Positions 55,639 through 64,000 of a stretch of 64,000 nucleotides of DNA are shown one piece after another. Positions within the stretch are counted from its first letter, which is position 1. Every line of letters begins with the position of its first letter. Under the pieces are notes generated by a model. That model had not been told where the DNA came from, did no database searches, and saw nothing but the letters and a program-made list of their open reading frames with translations. The DNA is from an uncultured Acidobacteriota bacterium (GTDB taxonomy: Bacteria; Acidobacteriota; Vicinamibacteria; Vicinamibacterales; UBA8438). The stretch spans positions 128,001 to 192,000 of the forward strand of contig CAJWLU010000002.1 in NCBI GenBank assembly GCA_913043225.1, in the 5' to 3' direction. The position numbers and the translations under genes are program-made.

Positions 55639-57480
55639 TCAGGTGCTCGGGCGGAGCCGTGTTTCGGCGCGCATGAGCCCGTCGGTGGCCGTGTCGAAGA
55701 ACGTCTCGAATTGACTGCGGATACGGTCGAGCTTGGCCACCTCGGCGGCATCCGCCTCGGTATCCGGACTGACGATGTAGATGAAGGCCTGGCGGTGCAC
55801 TTTCTCCGACGTGTCGACCGACGGGAACCGCGGTCCTTCGATGTCGATCACGTCCTGGATCACGATGTCCCGTCTGGTGCCGTTGAAGGTGACCCCGACC
55901 TGCGGGGCCGACGTGTTTATCTCGACGGGAATAACGTTGGTCGGTGACTCGACATAGAAGAATGCCGGGACCTCGGTGTCCCGGCGGAGGCCCATCGCGT
56001 ACTGGTCCAGCGCACTGTAGCGCTCAACCGCCGCCACGGTTTCGAACATGCCGCCCCCCTTGTCCTCGATGTCGTTGCCTTCCATCACCGAAGCGTCCGA
56101 GTCGAAGAAGAAGCTCCAGTGGGCGTTAGCACGGCCGAGCAGGGCGGTCGACCGCTGTCGGTCCACGTCACTGAACTCGAAGAATGCAAGCCACCGGTGG
56201 CCGACCTCGTGTGCTAGTACGCCCATGGTGGTGTTCTCGCCCACAATCTTTTCGGCGAGGTCTTCAGAGTATTTGTCCAGCCAGCCCATGACCACGATGC
56301 TGCTGAGCTCCTGGCTGCGAAATTCTGGCGAGACCGGGAACGTCGGCTGGCCGAGTCCCTGGATGCTGTTGGCGACGGTGGTCTCGTAGGCGAACGCGCC
56401 ACCGAAGACGAGAGGCTGGTTCCCAAAGATGATGATCTGGTCGTAGGCGTCAGGGTGTGTCTGGAAGAACTTCTGCGCCACGGCCACGATGTCAAGCTCC
56501 GACTCCCGAGAGAATCGCTCGCCGATCGCGCCGGTCGAGCCGGTGTTCGCCTCTGCCTGACTGAGATCGACCGCATGGAATGTTCCGGTTCGTCCCGGAG
56601 ACACGCCGACGATCGCGTCGAACAGCTCGATGCCTTTGTCGAACGCCATCTCGACCACGCCGTCGGTCAGCAGGCTCGCCTGTACCGTGGTCGTGGCGCT
56701 CATCCCGAAACCGGGGACACGGCACCAGGTAACCGTGGTCCGGTCGGCCAAGGTGGCTGCGAAGACCCCTCCGCTGACGCTCGGGTCGAGGTCGGCCAGG
56801 AAGGGGGAGAGCCGGGGTGGCCCCGAAAGTAGTCGGGAAACGTTCCGAGGCGTGCTGGCGTTGTCACCTTCCTCAAAGGTGAGGTTGCCATCCGAGTTGA
56901 TGAAGAGTGACGAGTGGCTTTCGCCGAAGAATGGGAAGGTGAAGCCCATGGCGAGCGAACTGGTGTCGTCGTCGCCAAGCGTCACCCGGTCGCCAAGGGG
57001 CGAGCGAAACGCGGCCGAGCTCGTTCGGGCCACGTCGTAGCCGCCGCTGTCGTTGGGTGTGAAACGAAGGCCGAGATCGAGCAGGTCGTAGGGGTTGAGG
57101 GCCCGGAACAGGTCACCTTCGTCCTGGAGCACGGCGATGTCGCCGATATCCTCGGTCATCGCGTTGGGGCTCACCGGCGAGAGCTGTCCGTGGGCCAGGG
57201 CAGACCGGTGATTCCAGAGGCTGTCCAGCACGCCCCAAGGCGCATCCTGGTCTATGACGCCGGCCCACTTGTCGGGTCCTCCGGCTGATCGTGCCGCGGT
57301 GCGCAGCTCCACCGCGTCGCACGGGTTCGTATTCGCCGTTGGGGTGCTGGTTGGCGTCTGTGGCGCCCGGGTATCGGAGCCGGAATCACACGCGTGTTGG
57401 ACGCCGCTGGCCAGTACACCCGCCGCCACAATGGCCGTTTTCGTCCAATAGATCACATCGCCGAATATGTCGACGCTCAC
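55639..57480 (-). CDS. Exported protein with nidogen-like region and HExxH metallopeptidase motif
   Basis: GFTFPFFG...INSDGNLTF..PFLADLDP; AHEVGHRW; hydrophobic N-terminus with a possible lipobox. Confidence 0.65.
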   Translation of the reverse strand: MSVDIFGDVIYWTKTAIVAAGVLASGVQHACDSGSDTRAPQTPTSTPTANTNPCDAVELRTAARSAGGPDKWAGVIDQDAPWGVLDSLWNHRSALAHGQLSPVSPNAMTEDIGDIAVLQDEGDLFRALNPYDLLDLGLRFTPNDSGGYDVARTSSAAFRSPLGDRVTLGDDDTSSLAMGFTFPFFGESHSSLFINSDGNLTFEEGDNASTPRNVSRLLSGPPRLSPFLADLDPSVSGGVFAATLADRTTVTWCRVPGFGMSATTTVQASLLTDGVVEMAFDKGIELFDAIVGVSPGRTGTFHAVDLSQAEANTGSTGAIGERFSRESELDIVAVAQKFFQTHPDAYDQIIIFGNQPLVFGGAFAYETTVANSIQGLGQPTFPVSPEFRSQELSSIVVMGWLDKYSEDLAEKIVGENTTMGVLAHEVGHRWLAFFEFSDVDRQRSTALLGRANAHWSFFFDSDASVMEGNDIEDKGGGMFETVAAVERYSALDQYAMGLRRDTEVPAFFYVESPTNVIPVEINTSAPQVGVTFNGTRRDIVIQDVIDIEGPRFPSVDTSEKVHRQAFIYIVSPDTEADAAEVAKLDRIRSQFETFFDTATDGLMRAETRLRPST

Positions 57481-58076
57481 CGTAGCCGTGCTTCCAGCAG
57501 GTCAAGGGCGGCACCCGAGTCGCTTGTGGCCAGTACGCTGAAGCGTTCCCGCTCATCGATTTCCTGGGTGAGAGACCAATCATCGTCTGGTCCCATGGTG
57601 CTGAGCAGACGTTCGAACGTCGGCCTGAACGCCTCCATCGTCTCGCCACGGTTGGGTGCCCGCAGCCGGTCGTTGGCTAGGCATTCGAGTTGGTCTCCGC
57701 GGAAGCGGACGCGCCCGTCGAGAGTATCGTTCGTCTCGAGCAGTCGGCCAGCCTTCACGAGGGTCCGGGCCGCGGCATGAAGGCGGTCCGCCAACTCTCC
57801 CTCCTGATCGGCGCGCCTCGCGTACTGGAGGCCGAGACGCCCGCCTGACTGTTCGATCGCGTAGTAACCCTCGTGGGTTGCCAGCAGGACACTGGGCCCG
57901 CTCGTCATGTGGGAGTAGTCGGCCACGTCAATGAGCAGTCCGTCCACGGCCGATGTCTGGATCCAACGATGGAATACGGGGATTACGTCTCGCGGATCGA
58001 GCACCGTTTCCTCGTCGAGAAAGATCTTGAGTGCGATGCGTTGCAAGGTCCCAATCCTCGCGGCTGCGTCTGTCAC
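57477..58076 (-). CDS. Hypothetical protein coupled to sir
   Basis: GTGA overlap with the sir stop; IPVFHRWIQ, LLIDVADYSH, NDRL.APN. Confidence 0.7.
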   Translation of the reverse strand: MTDAAARIGTLQRIALKIFLDEETVLDPRDVIPVFHRWIQTSAVDGLLIDVADYSHMTSGPSVLLATHEGYYAIEQSGGRLGLQYARRADQEGELADRLHAAARTLVKAGRLLETNDTLDGRVRFRGDQLECLANDRLRAPNRGETMEAFRPTFERLLSTMGPDDDWSLTQEIDERERFSVLATSDSGAALDLLEARLR

Positions 58077-60355
58077 TGCACCCCCCCGGGTGAGGGCGCC
58101 GAACCGGCCTTGGGTGGGGAAGGCATAGACGCTAGGCGCGCCTGACAGGCGTGGGTCGCTTCGAGGAAGAGCTGCGCCTCTTCGATCAGCCGCCGCGCCG
58201 TATCGCGTTCGGTGGCAGGGCCCGGCTGTTCGTGTCTTCTGAACAAGTAGTTGGCGAACTTGCCCCTCGCGTACTTGTCGAAGAACACCTCGGTGTCGTA
58301 GAACCGGGTCCGGAACTCCATGACGATCTGTGTTGGTTCGTCGGAGATGTCGATGAACTCGGTCTTGATCAGCCCCTTGGCCGCCTGCAGCATCGCGCCG
58401 TACGCCAGCTGGTCGGCGCGCGTTGGGTCGTTCTCCTCGAGTGCGAGTTGCGCCTCGAAGACCTGGCTTTCGGCACCAGCCAGATCGAACTCGGTGAGCG
58501 AGACCACCTCTCCGGCGCATTCACCCACGCCCATGTCGCCGATGCCGAATTCGCGTGGGTCGCCCCAGTCGCGGAAGAAGTCTGGCCTCTCTTCCCGACC
58601 AGGAATCGCCATCAGATCCTTCAGGATCTCCTTTAGCGTTCGCTTGCCGATCCGGCTGGCAAAGTCGTAGAAGGTCTCGTTCTCCAGACGTTCCTCCACG
58701 AAACGGCTGGTAACCCGCCGAACCACTTCTGGAATGTTCTTGGATGGGACCGCCCCGATGGCCAGGCCATAGCTTCCGCCGTTTTCGACCCACTTACCTC
58801 CCAGGAGTACCTGGAAGTGGGGCACCACGTGACCACTGGCGTGTCGACTGACCCCGTAAAACCCGAGGTCGCTGATGTGGTGCTGTCCGCAGGAGTTGAA
58901 GCAGCCGCTGACTTTGATCCGCAGGTTTCGTGCGGACTCGTCAAGGGAGCTCATCTGATCGACGAGCTGCCGCTCGAGTTCCGCGGCTAGTCCGCGCGAC
59001 GACGCAATACCGAGCTTGCACGTATCGGTGCCTGGGCACGCCGTGATATCGGCAACGGTGCCAGCGCCCGGTTGCGCGAGGCCAATGGAGTCCAGCTCGC
59101 GGTGGAGCTCCGGCAGGTCCGCCTCCCGCACCCAACGCAGCACGATGTTCTGCTCGACCGTCGTTCGGATCGCGTCACCCACGAAGCGCCTGGCGAGGTC
59201 AGCCAGGCGTCGAAGCTGCCAACCAGACAGGTCGCCAAGTGAGAGCGTGATCGTGGCGACGACATAGCCGGCTTGCCGCTGGCGATAGACGTTGGTGCCT
59301 ACCCAGGTCTGGAAGGCACCGGAGTTCGGCGCGGTTTCGAGCGGAGCGCCCGCATGGAGCGGCCGTTCGCCCTGGGCAGGCACGTCGTCCAGATAGGCGG
59401 ACCACCGCTCGTCAGGCGCAAGCGCGTCGCGCTCTTCCTTCACGAGGCGACGAAACTCGTCGATGCCCAGTTGGGCGACCAGGAACTTGATGCGCGCCCG
59501 GGCACGGTTGCGCTTCTCGCCCAGCCTGGCGAAGACGCGTGAGATGGCTTGCAGCGTCGGCAGCACTTCTTCCTCGGTCAGGAAGGGGTCGAACAGCTTC
59601 GCTTCGTGCGGTACTGCGCCCAGGCCGCCGCCCACGTAAACCTCGAAGCCACGTTCGATGGTCCCGTTGACCTCCCGCGTCACCGCAATGCCGCCAAAGT
59701 CGTGCATGTTGACGAGGCCGCAGGCGTGCTCTCGGCAGCCGGAGAAGGCGACCTTGAACTTTCTCCCGAAGTCCTGGGTATCGGGGTGTCCGAGGAGGAA
59801 ATGCATGGACGCTTCGGCGTAGGGCGTGACGTCGAAGGTCTCGTCCCGGCAGACGCCGGATAACGGACAGGCCGTGACGTTGCGCACGGTGTTACCGCAC
59901 GCTTCACGCGTGGTGATACCGACGGCGGCCAGTCGGCGCATCAGCTCCGGGGTGTCGTCGATATGGACGAAGTGCAGCTGGATGTCCTGGCGGGTCGTTA
60001 TGTGGCAGACGCCGTCTGAGTACTCCTCGGACAGATTGGCCAGGGTGTCCATCTGGTCCGCCGTGAGGCCGCCAAACGGGATCTTGATCCGCTGCATACC
60101 TGGAGCGTCCCAGACCGTGTCCGGCCCCTTGGTTTGCCCATCCGAAGGAAAGGGGAGCAGCTTCACGCCGGTCCCGTCGTTGCGCTGGCCGTTGTCGTAG
60201 CGTTGCCCGTACGCTCCCCGCCGAAGTCTGGTTTCAGCGAACACCTTGTCGTCGATCTTGCCCTGGCGCTTCAGTGCAATCTGGTTCTCGTAGGTATCGA
60301 TCTCTCTCCCGAGGTCGTCCGGGATCCGAGCGCCTAATGTGTCTTTCCAGCTCAT
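58073..60355 (-). CDS. sir: Ferredoxin-type sulfite (nitrite/sulfite) reductase hemoprotein with C-terminal helical extension
   Basis: TTRQDIQ, ACPGTDTC and SGCFNSCG siroheme/4Fe-4S ligands; cys operon context. Confidence 0.88.
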   Translation of the reverse strand: MSWKDTLGARIPDDLGREIDTYENQIALKRQGKIDDKVFAETRLRRGAYGQRYDNGQRNDGTGVKLLPFPSDGQTKGPDTVWDAPGMQRIKIPFGGLTADQMDTLANLSEEYSDGVCHITTRQDIQLHFVHIDDTPELMRRLAAVGITTREACGNTVRNVTACPLSGVCRDETFDVTPYAEASMHFLLGHPDTQDFGRKFKVAFSGCREHACGLVNMHDFGGIAVTREVNGTIERGFEVYVGGGLGAVPHEAKLFDPFLTEEEVLPTLQAISRVFARLGEKRNRARARIKFLVAQLGIDEFRRLVKEERDALAPDERWSAYLDDVPAQGERPLHAGAPLETAPNSGAFQTWVGTNVYRQRQAGYVVATITLSLGDLSGWQLRRLADLARRFVGDAIRTTVEQNIVLRWVREADLPELHRELDSIGLAQPGAGTVADITACPGTDTCKLGIASSRGLAAELERQLVDQMSSLDESARNLRIKVSGCFNSCGQHHISDLGFYGVSRHASGHVVPHFQVLLGGKWVENGGSYGLAIGAVPSKNIPEVVRRVTSRFVEERLENETFYDFASRIGKRTLKEILKDLMAIPGREERPDFFRDWGDPREFGIGDMGVGECAGEVVSLTEFDLAGAESQVFEAQLALEENDPTRADQLAYGAMLQAAKGLIKTEFIDISDEPTQIVMEFRTRFYDTEVFFDKYARGKFANYLFRRHEQPGPATERDTARRLIEEAQLFLEATHACQARLASMPSPPKAGSAPSPGGVQ

Positions 60356-60356
60356 G

Positions 60357-61175
60357 TCAGCCCTTTCCCTCGGCGGTCTGTGCCGCGTCGGTCGCCGGTG
60401 GACTGGCAAGTACCGTCGCCAGGTCGACCACCGCCCCGATAATGATCGTCCCGGTGGCGTCTTGCGGATGTGGACTGGCTGTGCGCCCTAGTTGCTCCAG
60501 GCTGCCCGTCCAGGTATGCGCCGCCGGGGTGGCGGCGTCAGAGGCGATGGCCACGCTCGTATCCGGAGGCCAGCCCCGGTCGAGCAGGCATCGCGCGATG
60601 GTCCGCCGCTGCGTCAGGCCCATTAGCACCACCACGGTGGCGCTGTCTGGCGCTAGTGATTCGAGTATCGGTGCGTAGCTGCTCTCATCGTGCCCGGAGA
60701 CGACGACGAAGCCGGAGGCGAGTCCGCGATGGGTCACCGGGATGCCGGCCAGCGCCGGCGCGGCGATCGCTGCGCTCACTCCCTGCAAGACCTCGAACGG
60801 GATTCCCGCGGCGCGTAGCGCAAGGCCCTCTTCGCCACCGCGTCCTAGTACAAACGGGTCTCCTCCCTTGAGACGCACCACGTGGCGTCCCCGTCGCGAG
60901 GCACGGATCATCACCCGGATGATCGTGTTCTGGGGGACCGAGCGCCGTCCCGCGCGCTTGCCGACCGAGAAGCACTGGGCCCGGGAGGCGAGTTCGATCA
61001 CCTCTGGCGAGACCAGGGCATCGTAGAGTACCAACTCCGCGGCTCGCAGGCGCTCGGCGGCGCCGAGCGTCAGCAGCGCGCGGTCGCCCGGTCCAGCGCC
61101 GACAAGCGAGACGAGTCCTCTGGAGCCGTTGGGTGTCATGGTCGTCGTTTGGCGCTGACGTATCGTTCGGGACAC
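60357..61175 (-). CDS. cobA: Uroporphyrinogen-III C-methyltransferase
   Basis: VGAGPGD, RLKGGDPF..GRGGEE, GIPVTHR; start may instead be 61139. Confidence 0.92.
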   Translation of the reverse strand: MSRTIRQRQTTTMTPNGSRGLVSLVGAGPGDRALLTLGAAERLRAAELVLYDALVSPEVIELASRAQCFSVGKRAGRRSVPQNTIIRVMIRASRRGRHVVRLKGGDPFVLGRGGEEGLALRAAGIPFEVLQGVSAAIAAPALAGIPVTHRGLASGFVVVSGHDESSYAPILESLAPDSATVVVLMGLTQRRTIARCLLDRGWPPDTSVAIASDAATPAAHTWTGSLEQLGRTASPHPQDATGTIIIGAVVDLATVLASPPATDAAQTAEGKG

Positions 61176-61178
61176 GTG

Positions 61179-61754
61179 TCAGTGCTGTCGATCTTCGTAG
61201 AGACCGGCCAGCGCGCGCAAGAGCAGGGGCCGGCGTTCGTCCATGGGGACCTCGTTCGCCATCCACTGTCTGCGCTGTTCCTTGGCCGTGGACAGCCACC
61301 GCGCCACTTCTTTTTCCGGGAGCAGCGCCTCGAGTGCCTGTCGAATCAGACCGGCCAGCGCCGGCGCCTGCCCATCGGTCGAGATGGCCACCGTTACGCC
61401 TCCCCGCCGGACGACGCCTCCCAGGTAGACCGTGGCATTAGGGGGGTCGTCGACGGCGTTCACGAAGAGCTGGCGTGCCTCGGCCTCTCGTGCCACGTCT
61501 CGGTTGACTTCCGGAGGCGCCGCGGCCACGACCATCCACGCGTCATCGAGGTCGGTCGGCTGAAAGCGACGCTTGATGAGCTCGGCTTCTGCCGTTCGGA
61601 TTTCAGGCACCATCTCGGGGGCGACCACAACTATATCCGCGCCGGCGGCCGTCAGTGCGACCAGCTTGGAGGCGGCGACGGGTCCCCCACCGACGACGAG
61701 TACCCGTCGCCCGGTCAGTTTCAGGAATGCCGGGAAGAGCGTGGTCGCACTCAT
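61179..61754 (-). CDS. cysG: Precorrin-2 dehydrogenase/sirohydrochlorin ferrochelatase (CysG N-terminal module)
   Basis: VVGGGPVA, VNAVDDP, AISTDG.AP. Confidence 0.88.
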   Translation of the reverse strand: MSATTLFPAFLKLTGRRVLVVGGGPVAASKLVALTAAGADIVVVAPEMVPEIRTAEAELIKRRFQPTDLDDAWMVVAAAPPEVNRDVAREAEARQLFVNAVDDPPNATVYLGGVVRRGGVTVAISTDGQAPALAGLIRQALEALLPEKEVARWLSTAKEQRRQWMANEVPMDERRPLLLRALAGLYEDRQH

Positions 61755-61802
61755 GGCCGGTGCCCGAGGGCCGGGAGTGGGGCAGCGGAGAGAAAAACGG
61801 GA

Positions 61803-62567
61803 TCAGACGGTCGAGCGAGCCTCCTGTGCTTCGCTCGACGTCGACGGCGGTTCGTGGAGGCCACACTCGGTCTTCGACGTCCCACGCCACCGGCCAGCCC
61901 GGTCGTCTTCTCCGGCGGCCACCCGGCCGGTGCAAGGAAGACAACCGATGCTCGGGTAGCCCTGATCATGCAGCGGATTGTAGGGCACGTCGTGCCGCAG
62001 CAGGTGTTGCCAGGTGTCCTTCTTGGTCCACCGCACGAGCGGGTTGACCTTCTCGAGGCCGAACTTAGCATCCATTTCCACGACGAGAGTATTGGCGCGA
62101 GCCGCGGTCTGGTCCCGGCGAATGGCGGTGATCCAGGCGTCGACTCCCGCCAGTTGACTTTCCAGCGGGCTCACCTTCCGCTTGGCGCAGCACAGATCCG
62201 GCTCGCGCGTCCAAAGCTCCGGGCCATGCGCGGCCGCCTGCACCTCGACGGTCTGTTCCGGTGACACGCGCCGGATCGTCACCCCGTAGCGCGACTCGAG
62301 ACGCTGCCAGAGGTCGTAGGTCTCCGGGAAGAGCAGTCCCGTGTCGAGTGTGAACATGTCGATCGGCAGTTGGTGACGACCGATCAGGTCGATCAGGACG
62401 CAGCCCTCCGCGCCGAAACCGGTGGCGAAGGTTAGCCGCGAGCCGTAGCGGTCAGCCGCCCACTTCAGGATCTCGAGCGGAGCGGCTTCTTCGAGTTCCC
62501 GCGCCGGGTCGATCAACTCGGCGGGGTCGAAGGTGGCCGTGTCCGGGCGAGTCAGCGTGTCAGTCAT
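61803..62567 (-). CDS. cysH: APS reductase (4Fe-4S-type CysH)
   Basis: LDTG, CC..RK, SIGCLPCT, RAGRW, ECGLH. Confidence 0.93.
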   Translation of the reverse strand: MTDTLTRPDTATFDPAELIDPARELEEAAPLEILKWAADRYGSRLTFATGFGAEGCVLIDLIGRHQLPIDMFTLDTGLLFPETYDLWQRLESRYGVTIRRVSPEQTVEVQAAAHGPELWTREPDLCCAKRKVSPLESQLAGVDAWITAIRRDQTAARANTLVVEMDAKFGLEKVNPLVRWTKKDTWQHLLRHDVPYNPLHDQGYPSIGCLPCTGRVAAGEDDRAGRWRGTSKTECGLHEPPSTSSEAQEARSTV

Positions 62568-62602
62568 TACTGTTCCAGTCGGTCGTTTCGAGAACGCGGT
62601 CG

Positions 62603-62641
62603 AAGAAAAAAAGCCCGGGAGCCGTTGGGCCCCCGAGCTTT
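62603..62641 (-). terminator. Attenuator intrinsic terminator upstream of cysH
   Basis: RNA AAAGCUCGGGGGCC-CAAC-GGCUCCCGGGCUUU-UUUUCUU. Confidence 0.88.
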
Positions 62642-62681
62642 GGTCTTTCGCGTTGATGCTTTCGTTCTTATGAGTGATGCC

Positions 62682-62771
62682 TCAGCGCGACACGACCGTC
62701 AGCTCGGGGGCCCAGGAGGCCTCCGGACAACAGCAACAACAAGTGATAGTCGTGTATGCGCGGGCGCTCAA
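62682..62771 (-). CDS. Poly-Cys leader peptide (29 aa)
   Basis: TTG start; MSARAYTTITCCCCCPEASWAPELTVVSR*; Cys codons at 62727-62741. Confidence 0.8.
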   Translation of the reverse strand: MSARAYTTITCCCCCPEASWAPELTVVSR

Positions 62772-62780
62772 AACGCCAAT

Positions 62781-62809
62781 GTTGTACCCCTTCGCTCCTG
62801 ATTCGTCAA
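62781..62809 (-). promoter_or_regulatory. sigma70 promoter of the cys leader/operon
   Basis: TTGACG-N17-TACAAC; the -10 box ends 9 nt before the leader TTG. Confidence 0.7.
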
Positions 62810-62835
62810 GCATGGTTGTGACCTGTCTGGTTGAG

Positions 62836-63999
62836 CTACCTCAAATACCCCAGGCTGCGGAGCCGTTCTAGCTCCTCAGATGACAGCGTGCCGGTCGACT
62901 CGTCGTCGGTGGGGAGTTGTCCGGCTCTAGTGCGCCGGCGCCACCGTTCAAGCTCGGCCCGCAGCTGCTCGACGACACCGGGGTGTATCGCTGCCAGGTC
63001 GGTCTGGTTCATTGGGTCAGCTTGGTGGTCGTAGAGCTCGTACTCTGGTTCGTCGGCCGACCGCTGCTCGTTGTGGATCAGGCGCCACCCGTCCAGCACA
63101 AGCGCCACCGACGCATGCCGGTCTTCGATGCCAGCCGCCTCGCGGGTGTGTTCCTCAGCGACTGCGGGGACCTCTAGCCATTGAGACGCGTCGGTCGCTC
63201 CTCCCGTTCCGGTCGTGGTCAGCAGCGGCAACAGGCTCTGGCCTTGCGCTTCCTCAGGCACCGGTAGACCGCTCAGCTCGAGAAGTGTCGGCATGAGGTC
63301 GATACTCCGCACTGTCTCTGACACCACCTGGCCGCCAGGAATCTTCCCCGGACCCCACAGCAGCAGCGGTATCTTGGTCTGCTCTCCGTAGACCGTGTGT
63401 CCATGCCAGGATTCTCCGTGCTCAAGGAATTCCTCACCGTGGTCGCTCAGCACCGCCACGACCACGCGGTCTGCCAGGCCGCTGGACTCGAGTCGCTCGA
63501 CCAGACGCCCGATTTCCGCGTCCATGCCACGGATGGAACCGTCGTACCAAGCCCGGCGATAGTCCATGAACGGGCCGACGTCGACGCTGGCCGCGCGGAT
63601 TTGGGCCCGCGTTGGCATGACCTGACCCCGGAGTAGCGGGCTCTCGATCTCACTCCGAATGTCAGCCATGCGAGCCTGGTGAGCTGCCCGTGCCTTCGGG
63701 TCGGCCCACCAGGTGTCGTACGGAGGTCGAGGTTCGAACGGACTATGGGGATCGAACACGTGCAGGAAGGCGAAGAACGGCGCGCCTTTACGACGATCGA
63801 GCCAGTCCAGCAGTCGGTCTACGTACTCGCGCGCCGACTTACTCCGCTTTGTTCCGGTGCGTGACGTGGCTTCGTGAAGCTCTTCGAAGCCCTGGTGCAG
63901 ATTGGTGTCGGCGCCGGTGAAGTTGACCGACGAGAACGACACCGTCGCGTAGCCGGCCGTGCGGTAGGCTTCCGCCAGCGTGACCGCGGCGCTGGGCAG
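62836..63999 (-). CDS. Sulfatase-family protein (5' end outside window)
   Basis: TLAE..RTAGYAT, HVFDPHSPF, SDHGEEF.EH, IDLMPT, ERLRSLGY; frame stays open to the edge. Confidence 0.88.
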   Translation of the reverse strand: MPSAAVTLAEAYRTAGYATVSFSSVNFTGADTNLHQGFEELHEATSRTGTKRSKSAREYVDRLLDWLDRRKGAPFFAFLHVFDPHSPFEPRPPYDTWWADPKARAAHQARMADIRSEIESPLLRGQVMPTRAQIRAASVDVGPFMDYRRAWYDGSIRGMDAEIGRLVERLESSGLADRVVVAVLSDHGEEFLEHGESWHGHTVYGEQTKIPLLLWGPGKIPGGQVVSETVRSIDLMPTLLELSGLPVPEEAQGQSLLPLLTTTGTGGATDASQWLEVPAVAEEHTREAAGIEDRHASVALVLDGWRLIHNEQRSADEPEYELYDHQADPMNQTDLAAIHPGVVEQLRAELERWRRRTRAGQLPTDDESTGTLSSEELERLRSLGYLR

Positions 64000-64000
64000 C

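Noticed and set aside
62674..62871. Plus-strand ORF with a QQQQQ run
   Set aside because: It is the antisense of the poly-Cys leader; promoter, terminator polarity and operon all lie on the minus strand

Overview
GC-rich bacterial chromosome segment, probably Acidobacteriota (inferred from the acidobacterial-type VWA, PEGA and kinase proteins). Left to right it holds a truncated cupredoxin-like lipoprotein, an M23 peptidase and tRNA-Glu(CTC). A small metal-handling block follows (P1B ATPase, two beta-propellers, MerC-domain protein, DUF2946-like RGPP peptide). Next come a TPR protein, an atypical proline racemase, ggt, an HD hydrolase, VWA, sahR-metH, yjbQ and a GNAT. A visibly less GC-rich block carries a Ser/Thr kinase, a beta-barrel and an InlB-repeat lipoprotein. 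Then tag, PEGA, a cyclophilin, dapB-dapA-dapD-M20 and several oxidoreductases. A ~20 kb nitrogen-assimilation supercluster follows (LysR-gltBD, NifA-like sigma54 activator, glnK-amtB, two porins, glnD-glnB-glnA-glnE), then a sulfate-assimilation operon (cysH-cysG-cobA-sir) and a truncated sulfatase. The best signal is missing from the ORF track: a 29-aa, near-leaderless peptide with five consecutive Cys codons ahead of cysH. It overlaps a perfect 14-bp antiterminator for an intrinsic terminator, which is the architecture of a cysteine-sensing transcription attenuator. I saw no CRISPR array, rRNA, integrase or transposase. All calls come from reading motifs by eye; no database searches were run.
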